Source of the DNA: Candidatus Thorarchaeota archaeon
GTDB taxonomy: Archaea > Asgardarchaeota > Thorarchaeia > Thorarchaeales > Thorarchaeaceae
DNA length: 14,820 nt
Direction: 5' to 3'
NCBI GenBank assembly: GCA_048884965.1
Contig: JBHLQH010000060.1
Coordinates: 1 to 14,820 of the forward strand
In this document: piece by piece, positions 7,933 through 14,820 of the stretch
Layout of the letters: every line of letters starts with the position of its first letter
Numbering within the stretch: the first letter of the stretch is position 1
Translations under genes and position numbers: made by a program
Notes under the pieces: model-generated
The model's database searches: none
Told to the model about the DNA's origin: nothing
The model's input: only the letters and a program-made list of their open reading frames with translations

Positions 7933-9828
7933 ATGGGATATATGTCAAGGCTAGTTCGATATTCACTCAGGCACAAGAGTTTGTTCTTCGGGTTCCTCAC
8001 AGCTGCAGGCATAGGGATTTTGTTCAATCTCCTAACACCAATAGTACTAGTTGATATCATTGACAATGTCATTTATGGTGGGCAATACGACCAACTTGTT
8101 CCAAAGGTCTTGCTATACATATCCCTAGCTGGAGCCTATTCGATTTTCGACATCTTCGGAAGATATGGCGCAGCAATTATGTCTCAGAAGGTAATCTATG
8201 ATCTCAGGAGAGATCTATATGATTCCTTGATGGACAAGGACCTTTCATTCTATGACCAAGAGGAAACAGGTCAACTGCTTGCACGAGTTACAACTGATGT
8301 GACACAGATTCGAGAGTTCGAGTATTGGGGATTCAGGGTCATCTTCATAGGGGTCACAATGACAGTCGGGGTTTACATTGCGATGTTTTTCTTGGACCCG
8401 CTACTGACAGCCTATATGTTGATCCTGCTACCCATAATGGCTGGTTTTATCTACACATTCGCAAAACGTGTACGACCAGTCTTCCATGATGCCCGTGAAC
8501 AATATGGAGATCTCAGCTCGGTCCTTGCAGAGAATATCGTTGGAATGAAGGTTATCAAGTCATATGCAGCAGGGAAACGAGAGATTGAGAGGGTCGAACG
8601 TGAGAACAAGAAATTCACAGTCTTGAGAATTGAGGCATTCAGACTCTTCGCACTTTATAGACCACTCCTGCCAACCCTCTTTGGGCTCGTCACTGGAGCT
8701 CTCATCTATCTTGGAGGAGCATCATACATTCTTGGAGACCTTTCAGTGGGAGTCTTTGTTGGATTTGTGACCCTTATCGGGATGATGATGATGCCAGGTC
8801 GTTTCCTTTCGTGGGGAGTGGGAATGTATCAGAGAGCGTCAGCCTCAGCTGAGCGGACATTCTATATCCTTGATCACACGGAGGAAGTGAACAATCCTGA
8901 GAATCCTGTTGAGCATGATATCGAGGGCAAGGTCACCTTTGAGAACGTCTATTTCAGCTATCGTGGGTCAGATTATACTTTGAAGGACATCAACATGACC
9001 GTAGAACCAGGAAGAGTAGTAGCACTTCTTGGCGGGACAGGTTCTGGCAAGACAAGTCTTGTAAACCTCATCCCACGTTTCTATGATATCGATACGAACA
9101 ATGTTGTTGAATACGAGGGAAAGCTCTATCGAGTAGACTCCGAGGGAAAGGTACGCGTAAGTGAATCGGATTTCAAGGTTGAGAATGGGAACGTTACTAT
9201 CGACGGAAAAGATAATCCTGTTTTAGAAACAGGCAGGGTCTACATCGACGATATTGATGTTCGCTACTATGACATAACCAAGCTTCGGAGTGCCATCGGT
9301 ATGGTTCATCAGGACCCATTCCTCTTCTCTGCCACAATTAGAGAGAATATCGCTTTCGCAAAGCCAGATGCTCCCTTAGAGAAAGTAATCGATGCTGCCA
9401 AGGCTGCGAATATTCACGACTTCATTATGAGACTTGATCATGAATACGACACCATTATTGGTGAGAGGGGAGTCACGCTAAGCGGAGGGCAGAAGCAGAG
9501 ACTAGCAATCGCACGAGCCTTGCTCGCAGATCCGAAGATCCTCATATTGGATGATTCGACAAGCTCTGTGGATGCAAAGACCGAGATGCTAATCCAAGAA
9601 GCCTTAGAGAATCTCATGATTGGAAGGACTACCTTCATCATAACACACAGACTCAGCACTGTTAGAAATGCAGACCTCATTGTGATGATGGAAAAAGGAA
9701 AGATTATGGAGATCGGTTCACATGAGGAATTAGTAGAGCGGGATGGTCTCTATGCAGGAATCTTTCGAACGCTAGAGGAGATGGAGATGGCTGCATTCAT
9801 CGTACCTGGAGGTGCTGAAAATGAGTAG
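7933..9828 (+). CDS. ABC exporter fused TMD-NBD, subunit 1 of heterodimer (TM287-like)
   Basis: Six-TM domain, Walker A GGTGSGKT, signature LSGGQKQR and Walker B ILILDD (catalytic Glu replaced by Asp). Carries a 45-aa insertion after RFYDID. Confidence 0.95.
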   Translation: MGYMSRLVRYSLRHKSLFFGFLTAAGIGILFNLLTPIVLVDIIDNVIYGGQYDQLVPKVLLYISLAGAYSIFDIFGRYGAAIMSQKVIYDLRRDLYDSLMDKDLSFYDQEETGQLLARVTTDVTQIREFEYWGFRVIFIGVTMTVGVYIAMFFLDPLLTAYMLILLPIMAGFIYTFAKRVRPVFHDAREQYGDLSSVLAENIVGMKVIKSYAAGKREIERVERENKKFTVLRIEAFRLFALYRPLLPTLFGLVTGALIYLGGASYILGDLSVGVFVGFVTLIGMMMMPGRFLSWGVGMYQRASASAERTFYILDHTEEVNNPENPVEHDIEGKVTFENVYFSYRGSDYTLKDINMTVEPGRVVALLGGTGSGKTSLVNLIPRFYDIDTNNVVEYEGKLYRVDSEGKVRVSESDFKVENGNVTIDGKDNPVLETGRVYIDDIDVRYYDITKLRSAIGMVHQDPFLFSATIRENIAFAKPDAPLEKVIDAAKAANIHDFIMRLDHEYDTIIGERGVTLSGGQKQRLAIARALLADPKILILDDSTSSVDAKTEMLIQEALENLMIGRTTFIITHRLSTVRNADLIVMMEKGKIMEIGSHEELVERDGLYAGIFRTLEEMEMAAFIVPGGAENE

Positions 9829-11635
9829 CGGCTTAGACCAACAGGACGATCCAGATGCTCGAGCCTACCTATATTCAGATTCGCAACTCCTAGGAAGGAT
9901 GGTGGGATTCCTCCTCAGATACAGGATGATATTTGCTGTGGTCGGTGTCTTGACAGCCATTGGAATTGTCCTTGAGATACTCCTGCCATTTGTGCTGCAG
10001 AATGCAATAGATGTGGACTTTCCAAGTGGCAATCTTTTTGCATTGTTTATCACCTGTCTAATCTATATCATTCTCCAAGTCATCCAATGGGTAACTGGTT
10101 ATAGCACAGAGTATCTAACCTCACAGATGGGACAGAATGCGGTATACGACATCAGGCAGCATCTATATACAAGACTCCAAATCATGTCACAAGACTTCTA
10201 TGATAAATCAGCATCAGGACGCGTCATTAGCAGAATTACGAGTGACATTGATCGAATGAGTGAACTGATGAGTGGAGGACTCATCAATGTATTTGCTCAG
10301 ATATTCATTGTACTTGGAATTGGTATCGTTATCTTTACTGTGGATTTGCAGCTAGCAATTGCATCGCTAACAGTCGTACCCCTTCTACTGATAGCAACGA
10401 TATTCTTCCGTAGGCGACTGAGAGAAGCCTACAGAGGTACAAGAAAGACAATATCCAGCGTGACAGCAAACCTCGCTGAGAGCATCTCTGGAGCCAAGGT
10501 CACCAAGAGCTTTGCTAGAGAGAGAATCAACATAGAGAACTTTGATGAGGTCAACAAAGCTGATTATCAATCGAACATTGATGCAGGTAAGGCACAAGCG
10601 ACTTTCTTCCCAAGTATCAGGTTCATCGGTGGTCTTGGAGTTTTTCTCATAATATGGTTGGGCGGACTCAGGCTCATTGAAGGAACCATCTCACTTGGTA
10701 CAGTAGTCCTCTTCATTCAATTCAGTGATCGATTCTTCAGACCTATCCTAATCATCGCAGACTTCTACACATCAGTACAGAGCGCCTTTGCAGGAGCTGA
10801 GAGAGTCTTTAGCATCATGGATGAGAATCCAAGCATATTGGACAAAGAGGATGCAATCCTGATGCCAGATGTCAAAGGTCAGGTCATATTTGACAGAGTC
10901 ACCTTTGGGTACTTGGAGGACACACCAGTGCTGGTGGACTTCAACCTAGAGATTAACCCCGGCGAAACGATCGCCCTTGTTGGGGATACAGGTGCTGGAA
11001 AGACCACTGTAGTCAGTCTCTTGAATAGATTCTATGATGTGTGGGATGGTGCTGTCAAAATAGATGGCATAGATATTCGAGATGTGACCCAAGAATCACT
11101 TCGTTCCAAGATCGGACTGGTTCTTCAAGACGCATTCCTATTCATGGGCTCTATCAAGGACAACATCAGATATGGTAGACCTGATGCTACAGATGAGGAA
11201 ATCTATAGGGCAACTGAAGCCATCGGAGCACGGCGCATCTTTGAGAACCTTGAGAATGGATTCGATACGGAAGTAGGCGAACGAGGTGGAAGGCTTTCTG
11301 AAGGCGAACGCCAGCTTGTTAGCTTCGCAAGAGCTCTTCTAGCGAATCCGAGCATCCTGGTATTGGATGAAGCCACAAGCTCAATTGATATCTACACCGA
11401 GCATGCCATCCAGAAGGGTTTGAAAGCCCTATTGCAGGGAAGAACTTCGCTCGTCATCGCTCATAGACTCTCGACTATTGTGAGTGCGGACAGGATACTT
11501 GTCCTAGAAAATGGAAAGATAGTCGAAATCGGAAAGCATCATGAGTTGATTAATGCGGGTGGGAAATATAGCTCTCTCTATGAACTTCAGATTAGACCAC
11601 GAGCTATGAGAACCCGAACGCAGCTAGAAAAATAG
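9821..11635 (+). CDS. ABC exporter fused TMD-NBD, subunit 2 of heterodimer (TM288-like)
   Basis: Walker A GDTGAGKT, degenerate signature LSEGERQ, Walker B ILVLDEAT and H-switch IAHR. ATG 9821 follows GGAGGTG and overlaps the upstream gene end by 8 nt. Confidence 0.95.
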   Translation: MSSGLDQQDDPDARAYLYSDSQLLGRMVGFLLRYRMIFAVVGVLTAIGIVLEILLPFVLQNAIDVDFPSGNLFALFITCLIYIILQVIQWVTGYSTEYLTSQMGQNAVYDIRQHLYTRLQIMSQDFYDKSASGRVISRITSDIDRMSELMSGGLINVFAQIFIVLGIGIVIFTVDLQLAIASLTVVPLLLIATIFFRRRLREAYRGTRKTISSVTANLAESISGAKVTKSFARERINIENFDEVNKADYQSNIDAGKAQATFFPSIRFIGGLGVFLIIWLGGLRLIEGTISLGTVVLFIQFSDRFFRPILIIADFYTSVQSAFAGAERVFSIMDENPSILDKEDAILMPDVKGQVIFDRVTFGYLEDTPVLVDFNLEINPGETIALVGDTGAGKTTVVSLLNRFYDVWDGAVKIDGIDIRDVTQESLRSKIGLVLQDAFLFMGSIKDNIRYGRPDATDEEIYRATEAIGARRIFENLENGFDTEVGERGGRLSEGERQLVSFARALLANPSILVLDEATSSIDIYTEHAIQKGLKALLQGRTSLVIAHRLSTIVSADRILVLENGKIVEIGKHHELINAGGKYSSLYELQIRPRAMRTRTQLEK

Positions 11636-11641
11636 TATGAG

Positions 11642-11671
11642 TGATCCCCACCGAAAAGAGGGTGGGGATCA
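11642..11671. terminator. Hairpin between convergent genes, probable terminator or 3' stabiliser
   Basis: Perfect 11-bp stem TGATCCCCACC / GGTGGGGATCA with an 8-nt loop, in the 63-nt gap between two stop codons. Confidence 0.7.
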
Positions 11672-11698
11672 GTTGTGTACGGAAATAAAGAGGAAGCA

Positions 11699-12475
11699 TC
11701 AATCGGGCCAATCGAATTCATCGACGTTGTCATATGCTCCATATGCATGTGCTCTATGAGGATAGCCATCAACCTTGAATCTGTGCGTGATATCCCTAGT
11801 AATCTTAGGAATCGACCGGGCGACTGAGGACATAGCTCGACCTATCACTGGACCTATGGCTTTTAGCTCATCAAGGCCCTTGATACAGTCCTTATCGATG
11901 ATGAGGGTTTGTCTATCTGGACCACCGATAGATATTCTGGAGCCTTCTACTGACACCAGATTATCTTCACCGACAACGAAAACTCTCTTGCCATAAGTGA
12001 AGACTATTGAGTCACTCTTAGCAACCAGAATGACCTTCGTGTTATCCTCGTCTGTCCCAATTAGAATCCCTGCATCGCCTTCGATATTGAATTTGCTATC
12101 TCGATCACTGCGATTGCCATGTAGCTTCTTCAAAGCCAACTCCTGAAACTCATCCACTGAAGCGTATCCTAGCTCATAGAGGTCGTCACTTGTTGCATCT
12201 TCAGAAAGCGATTCAATCTCTGGTAACCCAAAGTAGAGTTGAATCCCTTTCAATTCTGCGGCTACTGATTCTCCGGTCGCACCATACTCGGTTTCAACAA
12301 TGGCATCCACAGCGAATCTAGAAGGACCATGGAATGCAATCCCTATCGTTCTATTCTCATGTTTCAGATAAGACCAGACTACGCCTGGTCTTAGAGTGAC
12401 AAGTACCTTCTCAGTATCCATGAGAGGGAACTCCTCACGCAGTTTCATAGCATGTTCGTCTATCCTTACACTCAT
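11699..12475 (-). CDS. Hypothetical beta-rich cytoplasmic protein, co-transcribed with the ArsR-like regulator
   Basis: 258-aa ORF starting 2 nt after the regulator stop. No family recognised. Confidence 0.8.
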   Translation of the reverse strand: MSVRIDEHAMKLREEFPLMDTEKVLVTLRPGVVWSYLKHENRTIGIAFHGPSRFAVDAIVETEYGATGESVAAELKGIQLYFGLPEIESLSEDATSDDLYELGYASVDEFQELALKKLHGNRSDRDSKFNIEGDAGILIGTDEDNTKVILVAKSDSIVFTYGKRVFVVGEDNLVSVEGSRISIGGPDRQTLIIDKDCIKGLDELKAIGPVIGRAMSSVARSIPKITRDITHRFKVDGYPHRAHAYGAYDNVDEFDWPD

Positions 12476-12477
12476 TA

Positions 12478-13443
12478 TTATTCGTCCTCCTCGATATCTT
12501 CTACAATCACTTCGACCTCTCCATCCTTCTCACCTTGGACTTTCTTGAGCTTCTCTTCCTTGACATCCTTCAAGCGGATCTCGCGTTCAAGCCTGTCGGT
12601 CAGCCATTGGGCTAAGCGGTATGCTAGCCTTCCTTCAACTGTGAGATAGTAAGTCCCTCGAACCTCACCTTTAATCACATAGCCAGCCTCAAGGAGGGGG
12701 TTGAGGTGGTGTGTGAGTGAGCTTCCCGTCTTGCCAATATGTGTTTCAAGCTCGTTGAAAGTCCTGCCACCACCCTTCAGATAGTCCAAGATTTTCAAGC
12801 GCTCCTCACTGGCAAGAGGGATGATTACACTTGCAACACGTTCAGGAGAGATCTTATCGATTTTTGATTTCGATCCCTTCTTTCCATGCTTTATTCGTCG
12901 ACTTGTTGTCTTTAGCTCTCTGAATGGATCAGCAAAATCTCGACCGACGTCTTTCAGACCAGAAACAGACATTCGAATCTGATCTCCCAGGCCATCCATC
13001 ATCTCTTCAAGACTGTCTGTCAGAGCCTCGAAGTCCACTATTGCTGCTCGCCGAGGAGCTTGAGGTGCCTTTGGAGGTGGGGATGGGCGAACTGGTCGCA
13101 CAATTCTGTGAGTCCTGCGACCAATCTTTCGGACGTCCTTCTCTCGACGGACATCTTCAATCTCTCGGCGAAGCTGTTCTTTCATCCTGCGGATCTCATC
13201 GAGCTCATGCCGCATGGATTCGATATCATGCCGTTCATCCTCAAGGTCCTCGATCTCATCTCGAAACTCTCCGTGAAGATCCTCTACTGCCTCCCGCAGC
13301 TCTTCCTCATGTTCTATAAATTCATCTTCCTTTTCGAGGAGTTCATCTTCACGCTCTAGCATCTCATCTTCTTCATCTAGGAGATCATCAAGATCATCCT
13401 CGTCATATTCATCATCGAATTCATCAAAGTCGTACATTATCAT
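12478..13443 (-). CDS. ArsR-like winged-helix regulator with long acidic/coiled-coil N-terminal extension
   Basis: C-terminal LASEERLKILDYLKGGGRTFNELETHIGKTGSSLTHHLNPLLEAGYVIKGEVRGTYYLTVEG. The N-terminus is D/E-rich, followed by a coiled coil and a Pro-rich linker. Start is 13443 or 13437. Confidence 0.88.
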   Translation of the reverse strand: MIMYDFDEFDDEYDEDDLDDLLDEEDEMLEREDELLEKEDEFIEHEEELREAVEDLHGEFRDEIEDLEDERHDIESMRHELDEIRRMKEQLRREIEDVRREKDVRKIGRRTHRIVRPVRPSPPPKAPQAPRRAAIVDFEALTDSLEEMMDGLGDQIRMSVSGLKDVGRDFADPFRELKTTSRRIKHGKKGSKSKIDKISPERVASVIIPLASEERLKILDYLKGGGRTFNELETHIGKTGSSLTHHLNPLLEAGYVIKGEVRGTYYLTVEGRLAYRLAQWLTDRLEREIRLKDVKEEKLKKVQGEKDGEVEVIVEDIEEDE

Positions 13444-13448
13444 TCTTC

Positions 13449-13506
13449 TCCAACTGTAGTGAATTACAACTGTAGTATAATACAGTTGTAGAAAAATACA
13501 GTTATA
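13449..13506. promoter_or_regulatory. Four phased 10-bp operator-like boxes (TACA-NN-TGTA) with 16-bp period
   Basis: TCCAACTGTA (13449), TACAACTGTA (13465), TACAGTTGTA (13481), TACAGTTATA (13497). The last overlaps a minus-strand TTTATAA TATA-like box (13502-13508). Confidence 0.75.
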
Positions 13507-13710
13507 AAGCTTCTTCCTCGCGCCACTCCTTTCACTTCATCCACTCATTCTTGAGTAGGTAGTCGTTCTTGGAATTCGCGGAATGTGCCTTTTGATGAGC
13601 TATTATCCATCCAGGGGCTAAATTACGGTTTGGCGTAAGACCTTCATTAATACGCGCCAGACGGCATTTCGTGCGACATATCCTTATTAAGGAGTTAGCG
13701 AACGTTAAGA

Positions 13711-13768
13711 CCTCGAATTTCGAGGGGTGTGCATCTAATGGAGCTAGACGGCTTTTTGCGGATGTGCA
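13711..13768 (+). promoter_or_regulatory. Candidate structured 5' leader of the histone gene
   Basis: Palindrome CCTCGAA-T-TTCGAGG (13711-13725), then stem TGTGCATCT/GGATGTGCA (13728-13736 with 13760-13768) enclosing GGAGCT-AGAC-GGCTTT, just before the GAGGT SD-like site. Confidence 0.4.
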
Positions 13769-13787
13769 GCAAATGAGGTAGAAAAAA

Positions 13788-13985
13788 ATGGCTAAGAAAA
13801 AAGCACCCGCTTATCCAACGTTCTTCGTGAAGAGCGCAGTAAAGGAATTTGCAAGGACTCATGACATGATGGTCGGCTCAGACGCCTATGATGCCATCAA
13901 TGAGAAGATCGGCATGATGCTCGAGGCAGCAGCTGGTCGTTGCAAAGAGAATAAGAGGAAGACCCTCAAAGCATACGATCTATAA
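13788..13985 (+). CDS. Short histone-fold protein, alpha3-type (face-to-face / Bd0055-like)
   Basis: alpha1 KSAVKEFAR, loop MMVGSDA, ~25-residue alpha2 and terminal RKTLKAYDL (RxTxxxxD motif) with truncated alpha3. SD-like GAGGT upstream and a downstream hairpin. Confidence 0.88.
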   Translation: MAKKKAPAYPTFFVKSAVKEFARTHDMMVGSDAYDAINEKIGMMLEAAAGRCKENKRKTLKAYDL

Positions 13986-14011
13986 GTTAGATCAAATAGA
14001 ATACAACATCC

Positions 14012-14055
14012 GGGGCAGCAGTTCACCTGTTGCCCCCTTGTTACTCTTCTTTTTC
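14012..14055 (+). terminator. Stem-loop plus pyrimidine/U-rich tract after the histone gene
   Basis: GGGGCAGCAG-TTCAC-CTGTTGCCCC (10 bp, one G-U pair) followed by CTTGTTACTCTTCTTTTT. Confidence 0.75.
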
Positions 14056-14104
14056 TGAGAAACAATAGTTCTTATCCTTCAGGTGTCAACTATTTCTGAT
14101 TGAA

Positions 14105-14362
14105 ATGTATGGAAGGAATCGCTTGGAGCTGCTCCTTGCATTTACGCTTGTCTTATTGCCAGTCTTCCTGTTCTTTGCCCTTGGACTCATATTGCTCCCC
14201 ATGGACCAATGGATATTCGCATTCATGTTCGCAGGGATGGTCACGCTGACCCTTGTTGGATGCAGTATCGGGGGTGGGTATGATGTCGGAACAATATGGC
14301 ATTATCATGGCGCACCTGAGCACATCTCCCGTCCAGACATCGAGAGCCTGAGAGAAGACTAG
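14105..14362 (+). CDS. Small two-TM membrane protein, unknown function
   Basis: Two strongly hydrophobic segments and a polar C-terminus. Fills an otherwise empty gap. Confidence 0.65.
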   Translation: MYGRNRLELLLAFTLVLLPVFLFFALGLILLPMDQWIFAFMFAGMVTLTLVGCSIGGGYDVGTIWHYHGAPEHISRPDIESLRED

Positions 14363-14412
14363 ACTTTTGCGCCTTACATAATAGTCAATCGTTCTAGAAG
14401 GACGTAGTAAGC

Positions 14413-14820
14413 CTATCTTCGCTCCCATTGTTCGAAGAGATAATCAAGAACGCTTTTCCAGATTTTACCATCAACCCATTTATTCTCGAAATTCTCTGTA
14501 TTTGTCCATTCCTGAAGAGCGGCTTCAGCCTCTGAAGTCCAATCATCGGAAAAGGAAACTTCCTTCAAGAATCCTAGGTCATGCAATACTCCTTGAATCC
14601 GCTTTGCTATAGGACCGCCTATAGGGTAGAGATTCGAAAGATCCTCCCTACTGAGAAGGGTCATATCATAGATCTTGAGTATTCGCTCAAGTTCCTCTAT
14701 GGGGCTTGGATGCTCATCGACTCTAATGTCGACGTACCGATCGTTCCCACCTTCATAGCCACCCTCTTTTCGAACGATAAAGAGTGCTGCGGACTGCATC
14801 CCTCTCTTATCACCGCCTGC
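14413..14820 (-). CDS. DUF1028 (Ntn-hydrolase-like) protein with C-terminal putative PG-binding-like domain, 3' part; begins beyond the right edge
   Basis: The frame is open to the window edge and reads AGGDKRGMQSAALFIV...GGYEGGNDRYVDIRVDEHPSPIEELERIL, the DUF1028 GGDxRGxQSAAL / DxRVDxH signature. Confidence 0.88.
   Translation of the reverse strand, partial: AGGDKRGMQSAALFIVRKEGGYEGGNDRYVDIRVDEHPSPIEELERILKIYDMTLLSREDLSNLYPIGGPIAKRIQGVLHDLGFLKEVSFSDDWTSEAEAALQEWTNTENFENKWVDGKIWKSVLDYLFEQWERR

Noticed and set aside
9094-9228. ABC insertion as an intein or intron
   Set aside because: It lacks terminal His-Asn and other intein blocks, is only 45 aa, and resembles the flanking host hairpin.
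11636-11675. Hairpin as a SECIS element
   Set aside because: It is fully Watson-Crick paired with no tandem GA core geometry, and no neighbouring gene shows evidence of in-frame UGA read-through.
13449-13506. Regularly spaced repeats as a mini-CRISPR array
   Set aside because: 10-bp units with 6-nt gaps and mixed orientation are far too short, and there are no cas genes in the window.
14012-14036. Homologue of the eukaryotic histone mRNA 3' stem-loop
   Set aside because: A 10-bp stem with a 5-nt loop does not match the 6-bp stem / 4-nt loop consensus; an ordinary terminator is the simpler explanation.
1011-14428. Other short alternate-frame ORFs (e.g. 1011-1289, 1377-1643, 3113-3421, 4514-4795, 5003-5362, 5665-6051, 7024-7413, 7427-7786, 12924-13319, 13060-13359, 14153-14428)
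   Set aside because: They overlap better-supported genes and show no recognisable motifs.
14413-14799. ATG 14799 as gene start, and the PG-binding-like domain as evidence of peptidoglycan
   Set aside because: The conserved GGDKRG motif lies upstream in frame, so the gene starts outside the window. The C-terminal domain commonly accompanies DUF1028 and says little about cell-wall chemistry.

Overview
Gene-dense (~17 CDS) archaeal chromosomal window with no rRNA, tRNA, CRISPR or mobile element that I can support. A multi-longin/roadblock protein, a V4R-like protein, a histone and TATA-like promoters suggest an Asgard archaeon, possibly Thorarchaeia; this is an inference. Left to right: the 5' part of a large acidic secreted/surface protein missed by the ORF track; a membrane-anchored wHTH regulator; a DinB-family protein; a co-oriented four-gene cluster (three-domain longin/roadblock protein, internally duplicated V4R/Bet3-like protein, His-containing 4-TM protein, Zn-ribbon protein); a TIGR04076 protein; a cation:proton antiporter; endonuclease III; a flavodoxin; a heterodimeric ABC exporter with a 45-aa tandem-hairpin insertion in one NBD; a two-gene unit led by an acidic-tailed ArsR-like regulator under four 16-bp-phased operator boxes; a divergent short alpha3-type histone with a Lys-rich tail and a structured leader; a small membrane protein; and the 3' part of a DUF1028 gene. 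The best candidates for undescribed biology are the longin/roadblock + V4R cluster, the regulator/operator/histone divergon and the ABC insertion. All family calls come from motif recognition by eye, not database searches.
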